A DNA stretch of 64,000 bases from Podarcis vaucheri (taxonomy: Eukaryota): the NCBI GenBank assembly GCA_965113315.1, contig OZ220368.1; one strand, 5' to 3'. The translations under genes were made by a program, and so were the position numbers. The notes under the pieces were generated by a model. The model was not told where the DNA came from and searched no databases. It saw only the letters and a program-made list of their open reading frames with translations. Below, in pieces: positions 25,681 through 39,100 of the stretch (positions within the stretch are counted from its first letter, which is position 1; each line of letters opens with the position of its first letter).

Positions 25681-28600
25681 TCAAATAGAAATCACTATAG
25701 TTAAAACAAATATGGTTTCATCATATTGCTGCAATTGCAGCTACCCTAAAAGTAATCTTCTTCCATTTCAGCATCAGACCTAGGTAGGTTTCAATGTTTT
25801 CTACATCCATGGCATTTCATAACAAGAATAAATTCAATTAAAATTCATTTAGTTTGCTAATTGTTAATCTCTTAGCCATGGAAAATACTCTGTTTTGAAA
25901 AATAAAGTCTAATCAAGTTGTAGTTTTGGTGATAATTAAAACCTTTCTTTTGAGTTATTAAGTGAATCTGATCAGCTTTCTGTTGGAGCTCTACTAAAGA
26001 GTTAAGAAAACAAGTTGCATAAATCTTCATACTTGCCCAGTATTGGGCCTCATTATTCTTAGTGGGCCTTGCATCTGCCTAAAATATGCAGAATATTAAG
26101 GACAGCTGTCCACACTTGGAAATAATCTTCCATATACAGACCAGCTCTAGTGAGAGCACACACAGAGAAAGCTCTCCCACTTTCAGCAACTTGTCTGAGT
26201 ACCTATCTTAAGAAGCATGCAAACCAGAGCTACATCATGTAGGTTTTTAAGTTAGGTAGGGAATGAGCCCTGGGAAAGAAATGGTGCATGTATGTATGCA
26301 TGCCTAGATCATTCTAGGTATCCTTTTCTCCTTAAGTGGATTTATGAAAAGTTCTCTGCCTAAGGGCTACCAAATTACCTCTCTTGCCCCCAGAGCCTCT
26401 CAGAGAGCTGCATGCACAGTAGACAATGCAAAGACTCTCTTTCACACTTGCATATCTTGCAACCCAAGATGTCATGAAACAATTACTGCTGCATTTTTTC
26501 CTGCTAATTCATCACCCACACTCACATTTAAAGCTGAGTTACTTATTATGCAAGTCTATTCATATCTCCCCAGAAGTAAATCATCTCAAGTACAAGGGCA
26601 TTTACTTTCAGGTAAGTTTGTTACTTTCAGGTAAGTTTGTATAGGGCTGCAGCCCTAAGGTTTGGAGGATGTGCAGCATGTTTGCTAGATAGTCACAGAC
26701 AGGGGATTCCATGATGTCATATCCTCTAAACCTTTGTGGTAGGAAGGGGAACAATAGAACCCTTAACCTCTACTTCTTCCTGTCACTATGAAATCTTTTT
26801 TCCTACCTGCAATGGGGAAAAACACAACACCCATAACAAACTATAGTTCCCAGGATTCTTTGGAGGAATCCATGTGCCTTGAATCTGCATGGATTGTGTG
26901 GTTACGACCTTTACAAAACATTGAATCTGCTGTTGAGATGCTTTAACATTTCTTTGATGGAAAATTCCAGATTAACTTTATGGTTTTTAATCTGTAGCGA
27001 AGAACAGGAGAAGAGCCTGGTGGATCAGGCCAATGGCCCATCTAGTCCAGTCCTAAACCCAGGACCTGAGCACATCAGCACTCTTCTGACTTGTGTTCCT
27101 AAACAACTAGTTTTCAGATGCATCCTGCCTCCAACAGTGGAGGCTGAATATAGATATCAGGGCCAGTAGCTGTAGATAGCTCCATGAATTGGCAGAATAA
27201 ATGTTTGCTAGGCAAGCACGAGATCTTTCCTAGTTGTGGTACAGTATTTCCATCATATTGTTCATAGATTGCACCCAGCTCTAAATTGGAAGGCTAAGAA
27301 GAAAGCCTATTAAAAGCTTCACTGGTTTTCTGAGGAAGGTCAAGAAGATTCTGAAGTTCCTTAGCAAAAGGAGTATCTTTGATCATCACTTCCTCTTGGA
27401 GAAAAACGAGGAGCTGCCCTTTCCTTGAGGGGCAGAAGCTAAGCATGGTTGTACAATGGGAGAAGACAGAGTTTTAACTAGTTGCTTTGTAGCTTAGGAA
27501 GTTTTATAAATTCACCTTAAGCCCTTAAGGCAATAGCTTTTCCAACTATGTCTGGTATTAAAGACATAATGCTCTCCAGTAAACACCAGACATTCAGCAA
27601 TGGCAGGGAAAGAACACACAGTATCAAGGGTTCAAGGTTAAATTGGACCACGAGAGCACAGAATAAAAAGAAAATAAAGAAGCCACGGGGCACAGTACAA
27701 TCAAACAATGACTGATGCTTAAAAGCCAACCAACTAAGAGTAGCTAAAAAGGTTTTGTGTTCACACGGCAGCATTCATGGCCACATTGAAGCACACTCAA
27801 AGCTGTTTAGACATACCACTGGTGCTTCCTGTGCCACCGCCAGAGCTGGGTCCGGGTGATGACACCACTGTTCTGTAGGTAGGCGGTGGAGGGGGAGGTG
27901 GCGTTGCTCTCTGTCCCACCCCAAAATCTTTAGGAGATGCTGCTGGTGCTAAGTTATCATCTTTAACGTGGGTCTGCTCAGAAACTTTCTTCTGAACCTC
28001 TTCTAAATTGAGTGGAGATGGAACACTGCGAGAGGTTTCAGCCTCTGGAGGCTCATCTGGGGTTTCTGATGCCACAGGTGGGGACACCACCTTCTCCCGT
28101 GAAGTCACCTCTGGAGTTACGTTTTCCGGGGACTGATCAGAAAAACTGATCCACTTATCCTCCGCGTCAGCAGCAACAGACTTGGGGGATAATACTGGGC
28201 CAAAAATGGTATCCAAGTCATTGATTGATGGTAGTTTGTCACTTTTGACCTCTGTTGCTGTCTGGTCATTTCCTGTGGTCAAAGTAGTTGATTTTAAACT
28301 TTAACATCAACTTGTACAGATGCTAAGTTGTACTAATGTTCTACGTAAGTATGGGGCTTTTAAAATCAGCTACATTCTAGCACAGACATTTTCACAACGC
28401 ATTTTAAGGTGCTACTAGGAACATAATTCATGTGCACAAATATCTACATAATAGGGTGTGATATATAAATACACAAACACACACACACAAATATTAAAGT
28501 GCGTTCCATGTTGACCTGCATGTAAATATGCTGTCTACTACGTATCTCGTTCATACCAATATACCCAAATGGAGCTATTGCTATCTAGGAAAACTGCTTG

Positions 28601-29674
28601 CTAGGGAAAAGCCAACAGAGTGCCTTTGTTAGTAACAAAATGGTAAAGTACATAATTTGAAATTCAAGCATGATGACGTGCATGTAGATAAGTATATTTG
28701 TGCTGTGCAGTATACACTGTGGGATTATTTTAGCATGACCAATGAGAATATAGATGATCAAAGGGCTCTATTCTAGAGATGAACAATCATTATTATCTGT
28801 AATTTCTGGGCAAATGGAGTGTCTTCTTAATGGAAAGGAAACCGATTTGGCATTTTTTCCTCTCCTCCATGGCTGGAAGGCAATTTGTAGACAAAAAAAA
28901 GTGCTATATGAAGGATATATAAAGAGTGTATTATAAGCTCTGTTGCATTTTGGAGCATCTGAAAATTACCACTCTTGTTCTAAAAGCACTAGGTATGATC
29001 TCGAAACTTCCACTTCTCTTCTATGCTTAAAGTACGCATTGTGTCCTGTGATTAGGTGCTCACTGGATCCTATTAAAAAAAAAGTTAAGTGAACTAAAGG
29101 CCCACTGAAGTCAGCAGGCATTTCAGAATGATTTTTTTCACAGTTTTGCCATTCTAATCCCATACTATGCACACACAATGAGAATGCTTGTGTGAACATA
29201 GAGATGCATTTTCCCCATAGAATATCCATTCTTTCCATTGTCCTAGAACCACTGAATGAGCAGGTTGTCATGTCTATGCATATGACTGTCCAGTCATCTC
29301 TTTGGTCCACAAATGCTGCATGCTGCTTTGATTCTGCAAAACTGTATGTTGAACTAAAAGGAGTATGGGAAAATTACATTTCATGTCATATTGTCATGTA
29401 GAAAACTTTATTTTACCAATTAATGTAAGGTTTGTGGGAAGGGGAAAAAATCCTATTTTCTTTTTGGCTCTGTTCGTGATTCACATAAAATGCACAGTAA
29501 ATTAACCTGGGGAATAAATGATCACACATGGATGTGCATTTCATTTGCATTATATTCACCCAGCATAGATACAGGGTTGGAAGTTGGGAATTGCAGAGGA
29601 CACAATTTGTAATTCAAAAGTTATAGACAGTTGAAGAGAAATACCCTTAAAACATCAAGTCTGCAAGTGTTATT

Positions 29675-29707
<33 letters not shown>

Positions 29708-32700
29708 TTTTTTTATTTATACCCCGCCCTCCCCAGCCAAGGCCGGACTCAGAGCGGCTTACAAGCAATAATAAAAACAAGATGAGTGATTACAACTTAA
29801 AAACAAAAATAAAATACAACATTAAAATAATGGAACATTAAAATATTAAAATGAAGCCTCATTGCAGGAGAAGGAAAAGAAAAAAGAAAAAGGGGGGCGG
29901 AGGGAATCAAATTGGCTCCAATCCAAAGGCCAGGCGGAACAACTCTGTCTTACAGGCCCTGCGGAAAGAAATCAGATCCTGCAGGGCCCTGGTCTCATGA
30001 GACAGAGCGTTCCACCAAGTTGGGGCCAGTGCTGAAAAGGCCCTGGCTCTGGTTGAAGCCAATCTAACTTTCTTAGGGCCTGGGACCACTAGGGTGTTGT
30101 TATTTATGGACCTTGAGGCTCTCCGTGGGGCATACCAGGCGAGGCGGTCCCGTAGGTACGAGGGTCCTAGGCCGTGAAGGGCTTTAAAGGTCAAAAGCAG
30201 CACCTTAAATCTGACCCTGTACTCCACCGGGAGCCAGTGCAGCTTGAAAAGCACTGGATGAATATGCTCCCATGGCAGAGACCCCGTGAAGAGCCTCGCT
30301 GCAGCATTCTGTACCCGCTGGAGTTTCTGGGACAGCTTCAAGGGCAGCCCCGCGTAGAGCGAATTACAGTAGTCAAGCCTGGAGATGACTGTCGCGTGGA
30401 TCACTGTGGCCAGGTCGGGGCGGGAAAGGTAAGGGACCAACTGCTTGATGCGGCGAAGGTGGAAAAAGGTAACAAGGTAACATTTATGTTGCGTAGTATG
30501 CTAATCTTTTTAGAGGCCATCTTTGTGTTTTCTCATTTAAGCAAAGCAATTCATGCTCAAATTTACAAGTCGGTTCATACAGCTAATGATGTTCACTTGC
30601 AACATGAATTATATGCTGGTAAGCTTCTTATTTCTTGTCTCTGAGTACCACAATCACTTGGATCCTGAGGATCCTTTCAAGAGTTCACATTCAGAGAACA
30701 GGGTTTTCCACCTCTCACTTCCCTCTGCAGTCTCCTGTGTCCCAAAAATATAATCCTGGAGAATGGAGGAGGTATGAGAACCTTGTGGGCTGCTGATGGA
30801 GGGGGAGGTGAGATAAACCATTCCTGCCCTTGCACGACTTGGAACCTAAGTTTATCTGTTCGTGCAAAGGTAGGAGTGGATATATCTCACCTTGCACGAA
30901 CAGAGAAACAACTTAGGACCCAAGTCATGAAGAAACATGGCTTCAAGAAACATTCCTATATCATTTTAACTACATTAACTTATAGTTCTGTATGAAGACC
31001 ATACTGCCAAGATATAACCTTTATTATTCTGAATTACATCTAGGCCTAAGTGTGCTGAGATTCATGACAGGCTCACTAAAGTTCCTCCGATTTTTCTTCT
31101 TACCCAAACCAGGTATAACACAAATTATTAGTTTGCTGACAGAGTTATTGACAAATTGTTCATTCAAAATGTTACTACCATAGCTGTACTTTAGTGGGAA
31201 ACGTGTTCAATATCTGAATACAATACAGAAATCAGAAATCATTTTAAAATCTCAAGGGGTTTAGAAAAAAGATTATGCACTACTTAGGCTTGTACTTCTT
31301 TTTTTGCTGAAGAAAGAAAATCTGCTATGGTATCTGAAGGCAGATGAAAATATTAAATGCCTGGATAACATATATGCATAAAATGCATCTAATTAGATGG
31401 TTGTTATTAGGAAATGATTACAAGTTTTCATATTCTGTTCACATTACAAATTATAATTTGCACTGAATAGAAACACAGTTACTTTGCAGTAAAGCAGAGA
31501 TCTTACACATCTAAAAGTCATTTATGCTAAACATACTTACCTACTCCAACTGTTAAAGGAGAACCAGTGCGGGGAGGTGTAGCTGGAATATTCTTAGGTG
31601 GAAGAGGTGGAGGTGCTGTGAGCCAAACGGAAGAATTTTAAGTTAAGAATAGACAACATTTGTCAAATAAATAAATATAAACTCACAGTCGTATCTAGAG
31701 ATTCAACCAAAGGATGGCTGAGATCCAAAGTCTGTTCCGCAAGTGGAAGCCACTTCTGCTTGGGCAAGTCCCCTAATTTTTCCAATTCCCTCCTCTAGCT
31801 GCAGCCACCACATTTCATTCCATGCTGTCCAGGAGGGTCCCTGACCTCTCAGAAGCAGCCCTCTGGTCTGACTGCAATGGAAGGACAAAGACCCCTTGTG
31901 TGAGTGGAATTCTGTTTGCATTTCTCTGTATCCGCTACAGTCACAGGGTTGGGAAGCACAGTTGTGTTGGGGAGGTAAAGTCATGTAAACTTCACACGAC
32001 TGTGTGTAAGGGTGCATGTATACTTCCCCATCCCCAGGTTCTACCTATTGCTGCAGGTGGCTCTTGAGAGCAAAAAGGGTTTCTCATCCCTGCAGAAGAA
32101 GATAGGTAAAAATAAATAAATAAATCCCTCTTCTCCCCCCCATCACCATTATGATATGGCAGCACCAGGTCTAAGCACCAGAAATCACCTGCCTTTTGTT
32201 GTGGTTGATATTTTATGAGATGACAATTTTTTTGTTTCCAGTCTCCAGAGTGAACTATATGTTTTAAAATAAATGTTGTTAACTTTTATTCTGCTTTTCC
32301 ACATCCACAAATCCAGTTTTTGGTTCTTATTAGGAGCTTGTGTATTTGTGGCATGCGGCACCGGTTGCTAGGTGACTTGTCTTTCGGATAGGCAGGAGTC
32401 AGGTTTAGCTTTGCAAATTGAGATCACAGAGGCTTTTGTCCCCAGGGACTCCGAATCGTCTCTTTGCCTTTTCTGAAAGCTGCGTTTCCAATGCATAATT
32501 CAACTAATATCTATTTGCTTCCATGACAGTATAATGAGCAATAACCCTCAACATTGCCACTTCCATCTCACGTTTCTGTGTTTTGTAGTGAAAAACAAAA
32601 TGAAAAACCCGAACAATTTTTCAAATAGGAGATGCCTCAACTTACTTCCAGATGGAAAAGGTCGTGATGAATTCGGTGATTCTACACTTGGACTTGCTGG

Positions 32701-33030
32701 CTGCACAGAACCCCAGACCTCAGAGTGATCTATGGGAGCTGAAGTCACAGACATATAACATGATGCATACAAATCTAGAAGTAACATGAGAACTTAATTC
32801 CAAACAGAGCTTCTCTTTAGCAGCATCAGTCGAATCGAACACTGAACTGTAGGAGTTACTTGATAGATTATGGCAGGAGGAAAATGAGAAGAGAATGTAA
32901 CGAGAATATGATTTTTTTGGAAATAAAATGTTAATAACCATTTTTCAAAACCCACAAATGAATTTCAGTGCTGAGAAATGCATATACCACCAAATCAGTG
33001 AATACCATTCTGAGCGTCTTTCTGTGCTGG

Positions 33031-33111
<81 letters not shown>

Positions 33112-36100
33112 TCAATGGCCTCCTGGTGCCTCTAGCGAATGAGAAAGTTAACTGTTTTTCTGGTATCAGGATTTCTGCCAATAAAAGCAACATGGTTGGA
33201 GCTGTCATATGCAAAACACAAAAGCTTTACAGTGACACCTAAATTACCACAAGCATTCCCCTAATTCAGTGCTGAGTTAGAATCAACACAAGAGATTTTC
33301 ATGCAGGTCTGTCCATTCAGATTAATGAGTGAGGAAAGGAAGTATTCGGCCACATTCTCACCTCGGATGGCCTGATCCCATGTTTTTTCTGGGTCACATA
33401 TAATAGGAATCAGCAACCCAGCTTGCTCTTGACTAAGGCCAGGATTGGGAAAGGCTAGGAAGCACTGGTGGAAAGTAACAAGTGGACTGTAAGGGGTGTT
33501 AGCTGAACCCTACACTTAGACTTGGGACAAGATCCCCTTAGCACCAACTACCCCACAGGGCAGAAAAGCAAACACTGGACAAATATTAGTTGCTTCTTGT
33601 CTAGGAATTAACATCATGTGGTTGCCTAGAAATTGCTAAACACTTCTTTCTCCTTTTTAACTTATGGCAGATTTCACCAAGTGCACACATACATACTCAC
33701 AGACTCATTTGCATTCACAAACAGTTTATACTTATTTATGTGATTCACTGAGTTTGTAGCCCACCCCTCTTCAGAGAACTCGGGCATATGAAATAAAGAT
33801 GTAAAACAAATTAAACAAAATGTCATGTCAGACATATAGAGGTACATTGATAAAGTTAACTGGCAACACCTACCTTCTAACTTCTCTTCTTCAAATGCAG
33901 ACTCCAGAGGTGGACCAAATAGTGGCGCTAGTACTGCAGGATCTTCCGGGGCTTTTTTGCTGCAGCACAACACAGATGCTGAATGATAATTACGCGCAAG
34001 GATCTTTTATTCAGCAGAGGTGACAGGCAGAGTTGATTTTGATATTTTTTTTACAGTAGGGGTGGGGAACCATTTTCAGTTCAAGGCAGCGTTTCCTCAA
34101 AGGAAAGCAGTTGAGGGCCGCATTGCAGCGGTGGGCAGGGCCAGAGGCAAAAAGTGGGTGGAGCAATTGATGTGACTTATCTTTGTTCAGTAGGCTACAT
34201 TCCATGCAGAGGGAAAAGGGACTGCCTTTTCCTATAATGAGATGTGCACAGACTTGACAGATAGGACTTGGCAAGCCAGAACAAGAGCACGTACATCATT
34301 TGGGTACAAGGATTCCACACCATCCATGGCTTTGAATGAGTTTTTTTTTAAAAATGTAGTTTAACATTTATACTAACCTTAGAAGCTCTGGGGTAGGTGT
34401 TGAACGCCTGGGCCTTGCTATCTCTTCACCTGGCACATAAGACACCATTTTAAGGTAATTTTCTCATAGTGTCTTCTAGAAAACTTGTTCACATAACTAT
34501 TTGATAATGTCAGCAACACCACAGCGTTCCTTCTGCTAGTCCATTTCTCACTAGTTTTAGTACTTATATAGTACTAGCTTAACTATGTTGTCCCTCTCCA
34601 GAATAATTTGAACCAGTTTTCATAATTCATGTCAACGTGACCCTGCATGCCCTTCCAGCTTCAAATTGCTCCCCTCACATTACCCATGGTGGGTGTCTCT
34701 TAACAGAATATAACTTGCTAAAAATATTATTCATTTGCTACCTTAAAAACATATAATGCATTTGTTGTGAGATAATAAACTGACTCCATGACTTGCCATT
34801 AACTTATTTTCATGTGGCCCAATTTTATGGAAAAGCTTTAGAAAATCCCATTTCAGCCATACCATTCATCGTTCCAGATTACGAACATCTTGTAATTTTA
34901 GGCCCTGTTGAACTGGTTTGTGCATTCAGCCAATTGCAAATACTCCATATGCCTTTTCATTTAAAATGCGTCATCTCATTTTGAGACTGTCAGAGTCTGT
35001 TAATTTTACATTATGGATTCATGCATAATTTAGTACTAGTGCATGGAATAATGTCCTCATAGCATTTTGAGGACTATCCCATTAACAATATATAGACTTT
35101 AGTCTCTTAAAAATTAGTTGTTGCAATGATTCTAGAGTTTGAAAATTAAGATGTAAAATTATGTAATTTTGATGATTCTAAATATATCCAACTCCCTGAG
35201 ATATATTGTGTCCCAACAAAATTCAATAAATAGATATACTTACTAGATAAATTCCTTTTAATTGAACCCTACAATTAAAAGCAAAAACTACAGTTTAGGA
35301 CTATAGGATTATACTTTTAGACATGTACAATAAATGGCAGCTTGCCTTAGTTGAAAAGAAAGAAAACAGAATTAGGCATTAACACTGCTAAAATAAAATA
35401 TACATTAACTTGGATTCACATTCTTCATTTTGGACGTTTGTACCCCAGTGCAGATTCATTCACACTCATATACCAGATATAGGCAAACAGAATATTTGAT
35501 TAGCTGTTACAAATGCACTGCCTGAGAATTTCAGGTTTTTGAATCAAGACAAACAAACAAAAAGTGATCATACATTTTGGAATTGCAACAATGTGCCAAA
35601 CAAATCCAGAGAGCTTGACAAGTAATTTATTTACTGTTCTAGAACTTCTTAATGCACTCATACTTAGTCTCACACACTTGATCACTGGCTTTGGACTGAA
35701 ATCAAACATGTTTCCAAGCAGGCTTTAATATTCCAGAAGATATAAAGAAACAATTGGTGGGGACAGGGGGATGGAGATAAAACTTCGGAAAGTAGGAGGC
35801 AGGTGGGAAACAATGTCTGAATATGCAAAAGGTATCAGAACAGCTGTCAACAGTATTTGCCATAGCAACAGGGAAGTTACGGCAAATTTACTGACAGTCA
35901 CTAATCCTCATGTCTCTGCCACCATCATCCATCCATCCTTCACTCACACAATGTTCCTGCAAAATGCATGTATTGTCAAAGAAAACAGTTTTTCTAGGCA
36001 AATTCTTGCAAAAACCTCTCCTTTCAAATCACGGTTTGTAATAATATCTCCACTAAGAATACTTCTATGCTACAGGAAGAGACAGTAACACCAAATTTCA

Positions 36101-39100
36101 AGGAAGGGAGTTATTAAGGACAACAAAATTATTGTTAGCACTGTAGGCAGAAGTCTGGTGAAAGAGAATTGGTTCCTAGCCAAACATGTCACTAGCTGAT
36201 TCTTGCCAAGATTTCGATTCTGTAGTCAGTCCTCAGAAACATATTCTAATGGATATGCTAGGCATATTATCGGCCTATGAGATATCTGATGTTAACATGT
36301 GCCAATTAAACAAATAATGTTCCATCAAATTCTCTCTTTTGAAGCCAATAGTAAGCTGTAAGACCAAGCTATTTTTTTGCACATTTTTGTTAAATAGGCG
36401 CCTTCTCACATCAAGAGAATACATTGCAGGAAGTATATGGATGTATTCTTATTCTGGAATAGCAAGTGTGAAAAAATCCTGGTCAGAACCTCAAAAACAA
36501 AAGAAAAAGAAAAACAACCAGGGAAGTTCATCTTGGCAATAGCTCAATTCAGTTAGCATGGTTGCTTCCTTGTTCTATGCAGAAATTGGTTTGAAAATTT
36601 TCTGAACCATCATGAGAGTTGGCAGACTGTTTATTCAAAATGAAGTAATCCAAAAATTATCCATTTCTCCAAGAATGACAGTTTCTGTGTAGGACAGTTT
36701 CAAGAGTGGTACTACTCTTTAAAGACATTAAAGAATTCCTAAGCAATATTTGATTTATTTAATAAAATTTAGAAATTGCTTGACTGTTGTTTTTTTTTAA
36801 AAAAGATAAACAATAAAATCAAGAAAATTCACAAGTTTAAATACTAAAACAGATTAAAATTACCTCAGCTTTCTAAGTATCTAGGAGTAGGTTTGTCTAA
36901 ACAGGAATGTTTTTAGCAGGCACTGAAAAGAGTACGGTGAAGGGACTTGCTTGATCGCAATAGGCAGGGAGTTCCACAGAGGAGGTGCTGCCACACAAAA
37001 CAATGGATTTTTTTCACAAATGTGGAACAGGTATTATGTGGAATCTGTAGCAGTGCCAGTATGGTTCCATTCAGTATTTCTATAACAGAAAAAGGCTGCT
37101 ACAGATAGCCACACACCCCTGAAAGAACAGTAATTTTCACCCAATTACTTTTAAGTTAGATCAATTTGCTGTACTTGCAGTTCACAAAACTAATTTAAAT
37201 TAAACCCAGATGACAAACACTCCCAGTCGTTCGTGCTACTGATTTAACGCGAAAAGTCGTCTTACCGGGCTGCGCCTCTGTTATCAGCAAAAAAGAAGAG
37301 AGAAAGGTACCTAGTCAGAGAGTGACAGATCAATAATAAAAAAAGGACTTTGGATGATGAGATCTTCCTCTAGCTTCACACATTAAGTAAACAATTTCCC
37401 CAGATTCCCCCTGTCTCATGAAGATCCCGACCCTATCTGATGTCCTTTTAATGAGTAAGCTCTGCAGAAATTTTGGAAACAAATGGTTAACTTTGAGGCT
37501 CCTTGAGGCCTATTGCAGCAATACCAAAGGGGCTGCCCAGCTTAGATACTCTGATAGGATGGAACCTAGAATGGCAGCCTGCACATAGCACTCCAAATTC
37601 TGGAACTGACCAGGGGGAAAGGGTTCAATACTCCCTCAACTCAGAGCTGCTGAGGGGCTCTTTGTCACTGCTCTTAAGTTTTTAAAACAAAAAAGATTAT
37701 CCAATCACAGATCTACCTTGTCGTTTGTAGTTCGACCCATTGATACCCCATAAACCTAACTAAAGGAAGACATGCCATAGGCATGGAAGGGTGAAATATC
37801 GATTGTTAAGAAACCTAGCAAATTTTAATCTGCCCTCAAAGTCCCCTTCTCATATCTCTCTAGTAAATCCTTGTTAAAAAATAAATTGGCAAATTAGAGT
37901 TCTACTGTATTGGCTTATTTGCAGCAAGAAATTAGTAGAGAAAGACAGACAAACAGGCACACACGTCACGAGTTTTCCGAAGAATGATCACATTAATTCT
38001 TATAAAAACAGGAAATTCTGTGGCATACAAAAGTACACAAGATGCAAAGAGAGATTAGGCAAGCCATTCTTCTTAGTTCCCCCGTACCAAAATGGGTAAT
38101 AATGTATTTATGACTGTCCAAATAAAGGAATATAGGTGAGACACTTGTTGAACATGAGTGCATAAATGTTCAGAAATGTTCTTGGTTATAGATTTAGATG
38201 AGATTATAAACACAACAGAGCTGAAGATGCACAAGGATCAGTTTGGAATCATACTGCAATGCAAATCAAACTAACCAACCAGGAAATGCCGAGTAATTGA
38301 TAGCATTTATGCTCTTTTATGGGTGTGTTGTCTTCAGCGCTTAGATACTTTGTTTACTGGTGGTATGTAAACCTCTAAAATAAATAAATATAACTGAAGC
38401 AGCAGTGCTCTCTGGAGAGAGTTGGGCTATTTTTGGCTATAGCTTGGATACTACTGTCCTCATGATCTCACACAGTTTCAGTAACTTCAGTGGAACAATG
38501 CCAATACACACTAGCCAAGAATTTGTCAATACATATTTTCCTTTCATTCTTTCCAGTAAGCAACTGCTTGCCACTTCTACTTATCTGTGACATTTAAGGC
38601 TGGGGAAAGGAATCTGCAAATATCTAGTATGCCACTAATTTAGCCTCACATTTCATCAACATTTCTTTTTCAAAGTTTGGTCTCAGCCCACCAAACAGAC
38701 ACAATTTTCCTGACTTTATATTTGTACAAAAGCAGACCATGGATCTGATCCAGGGGCAGAGAGGCCACACTTCACTGCCTGAGACAAAAGAGGAATGTGT
38801 CATGCCATGCCACCCTCCTGCCACCCCACAAAATCCTCCCTTACCTGGGTTGTGCAGCAGCACCTGAGAAGCAGTGGCGAGCTCTGGCAGGATCTTGTAA
38901 AGCACATGAGATCTAGCCAGAAACTGCCACTGCTGGTTCTCTGCTAGTGGGGCGCCCATGAGGGAGTCTCCTCATGGGTGGGTCAGCCCTGATCTGATCC
39001 TACAGAACATCATATGAAGCAGCTGAGACCGTGCACATATAGCCTTTTAAACAAAGCTAAGATTCACTGATCAGCTGCTGGCCAAGGGGACTGAATTCTG

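Noticed and set aside
36864-36875. 9-nt AG...GT microexon-like motif (KAE)
   Set aside because: Lies in a decayed L2-like fragment with a poor pyrimidine tract; likely chance.
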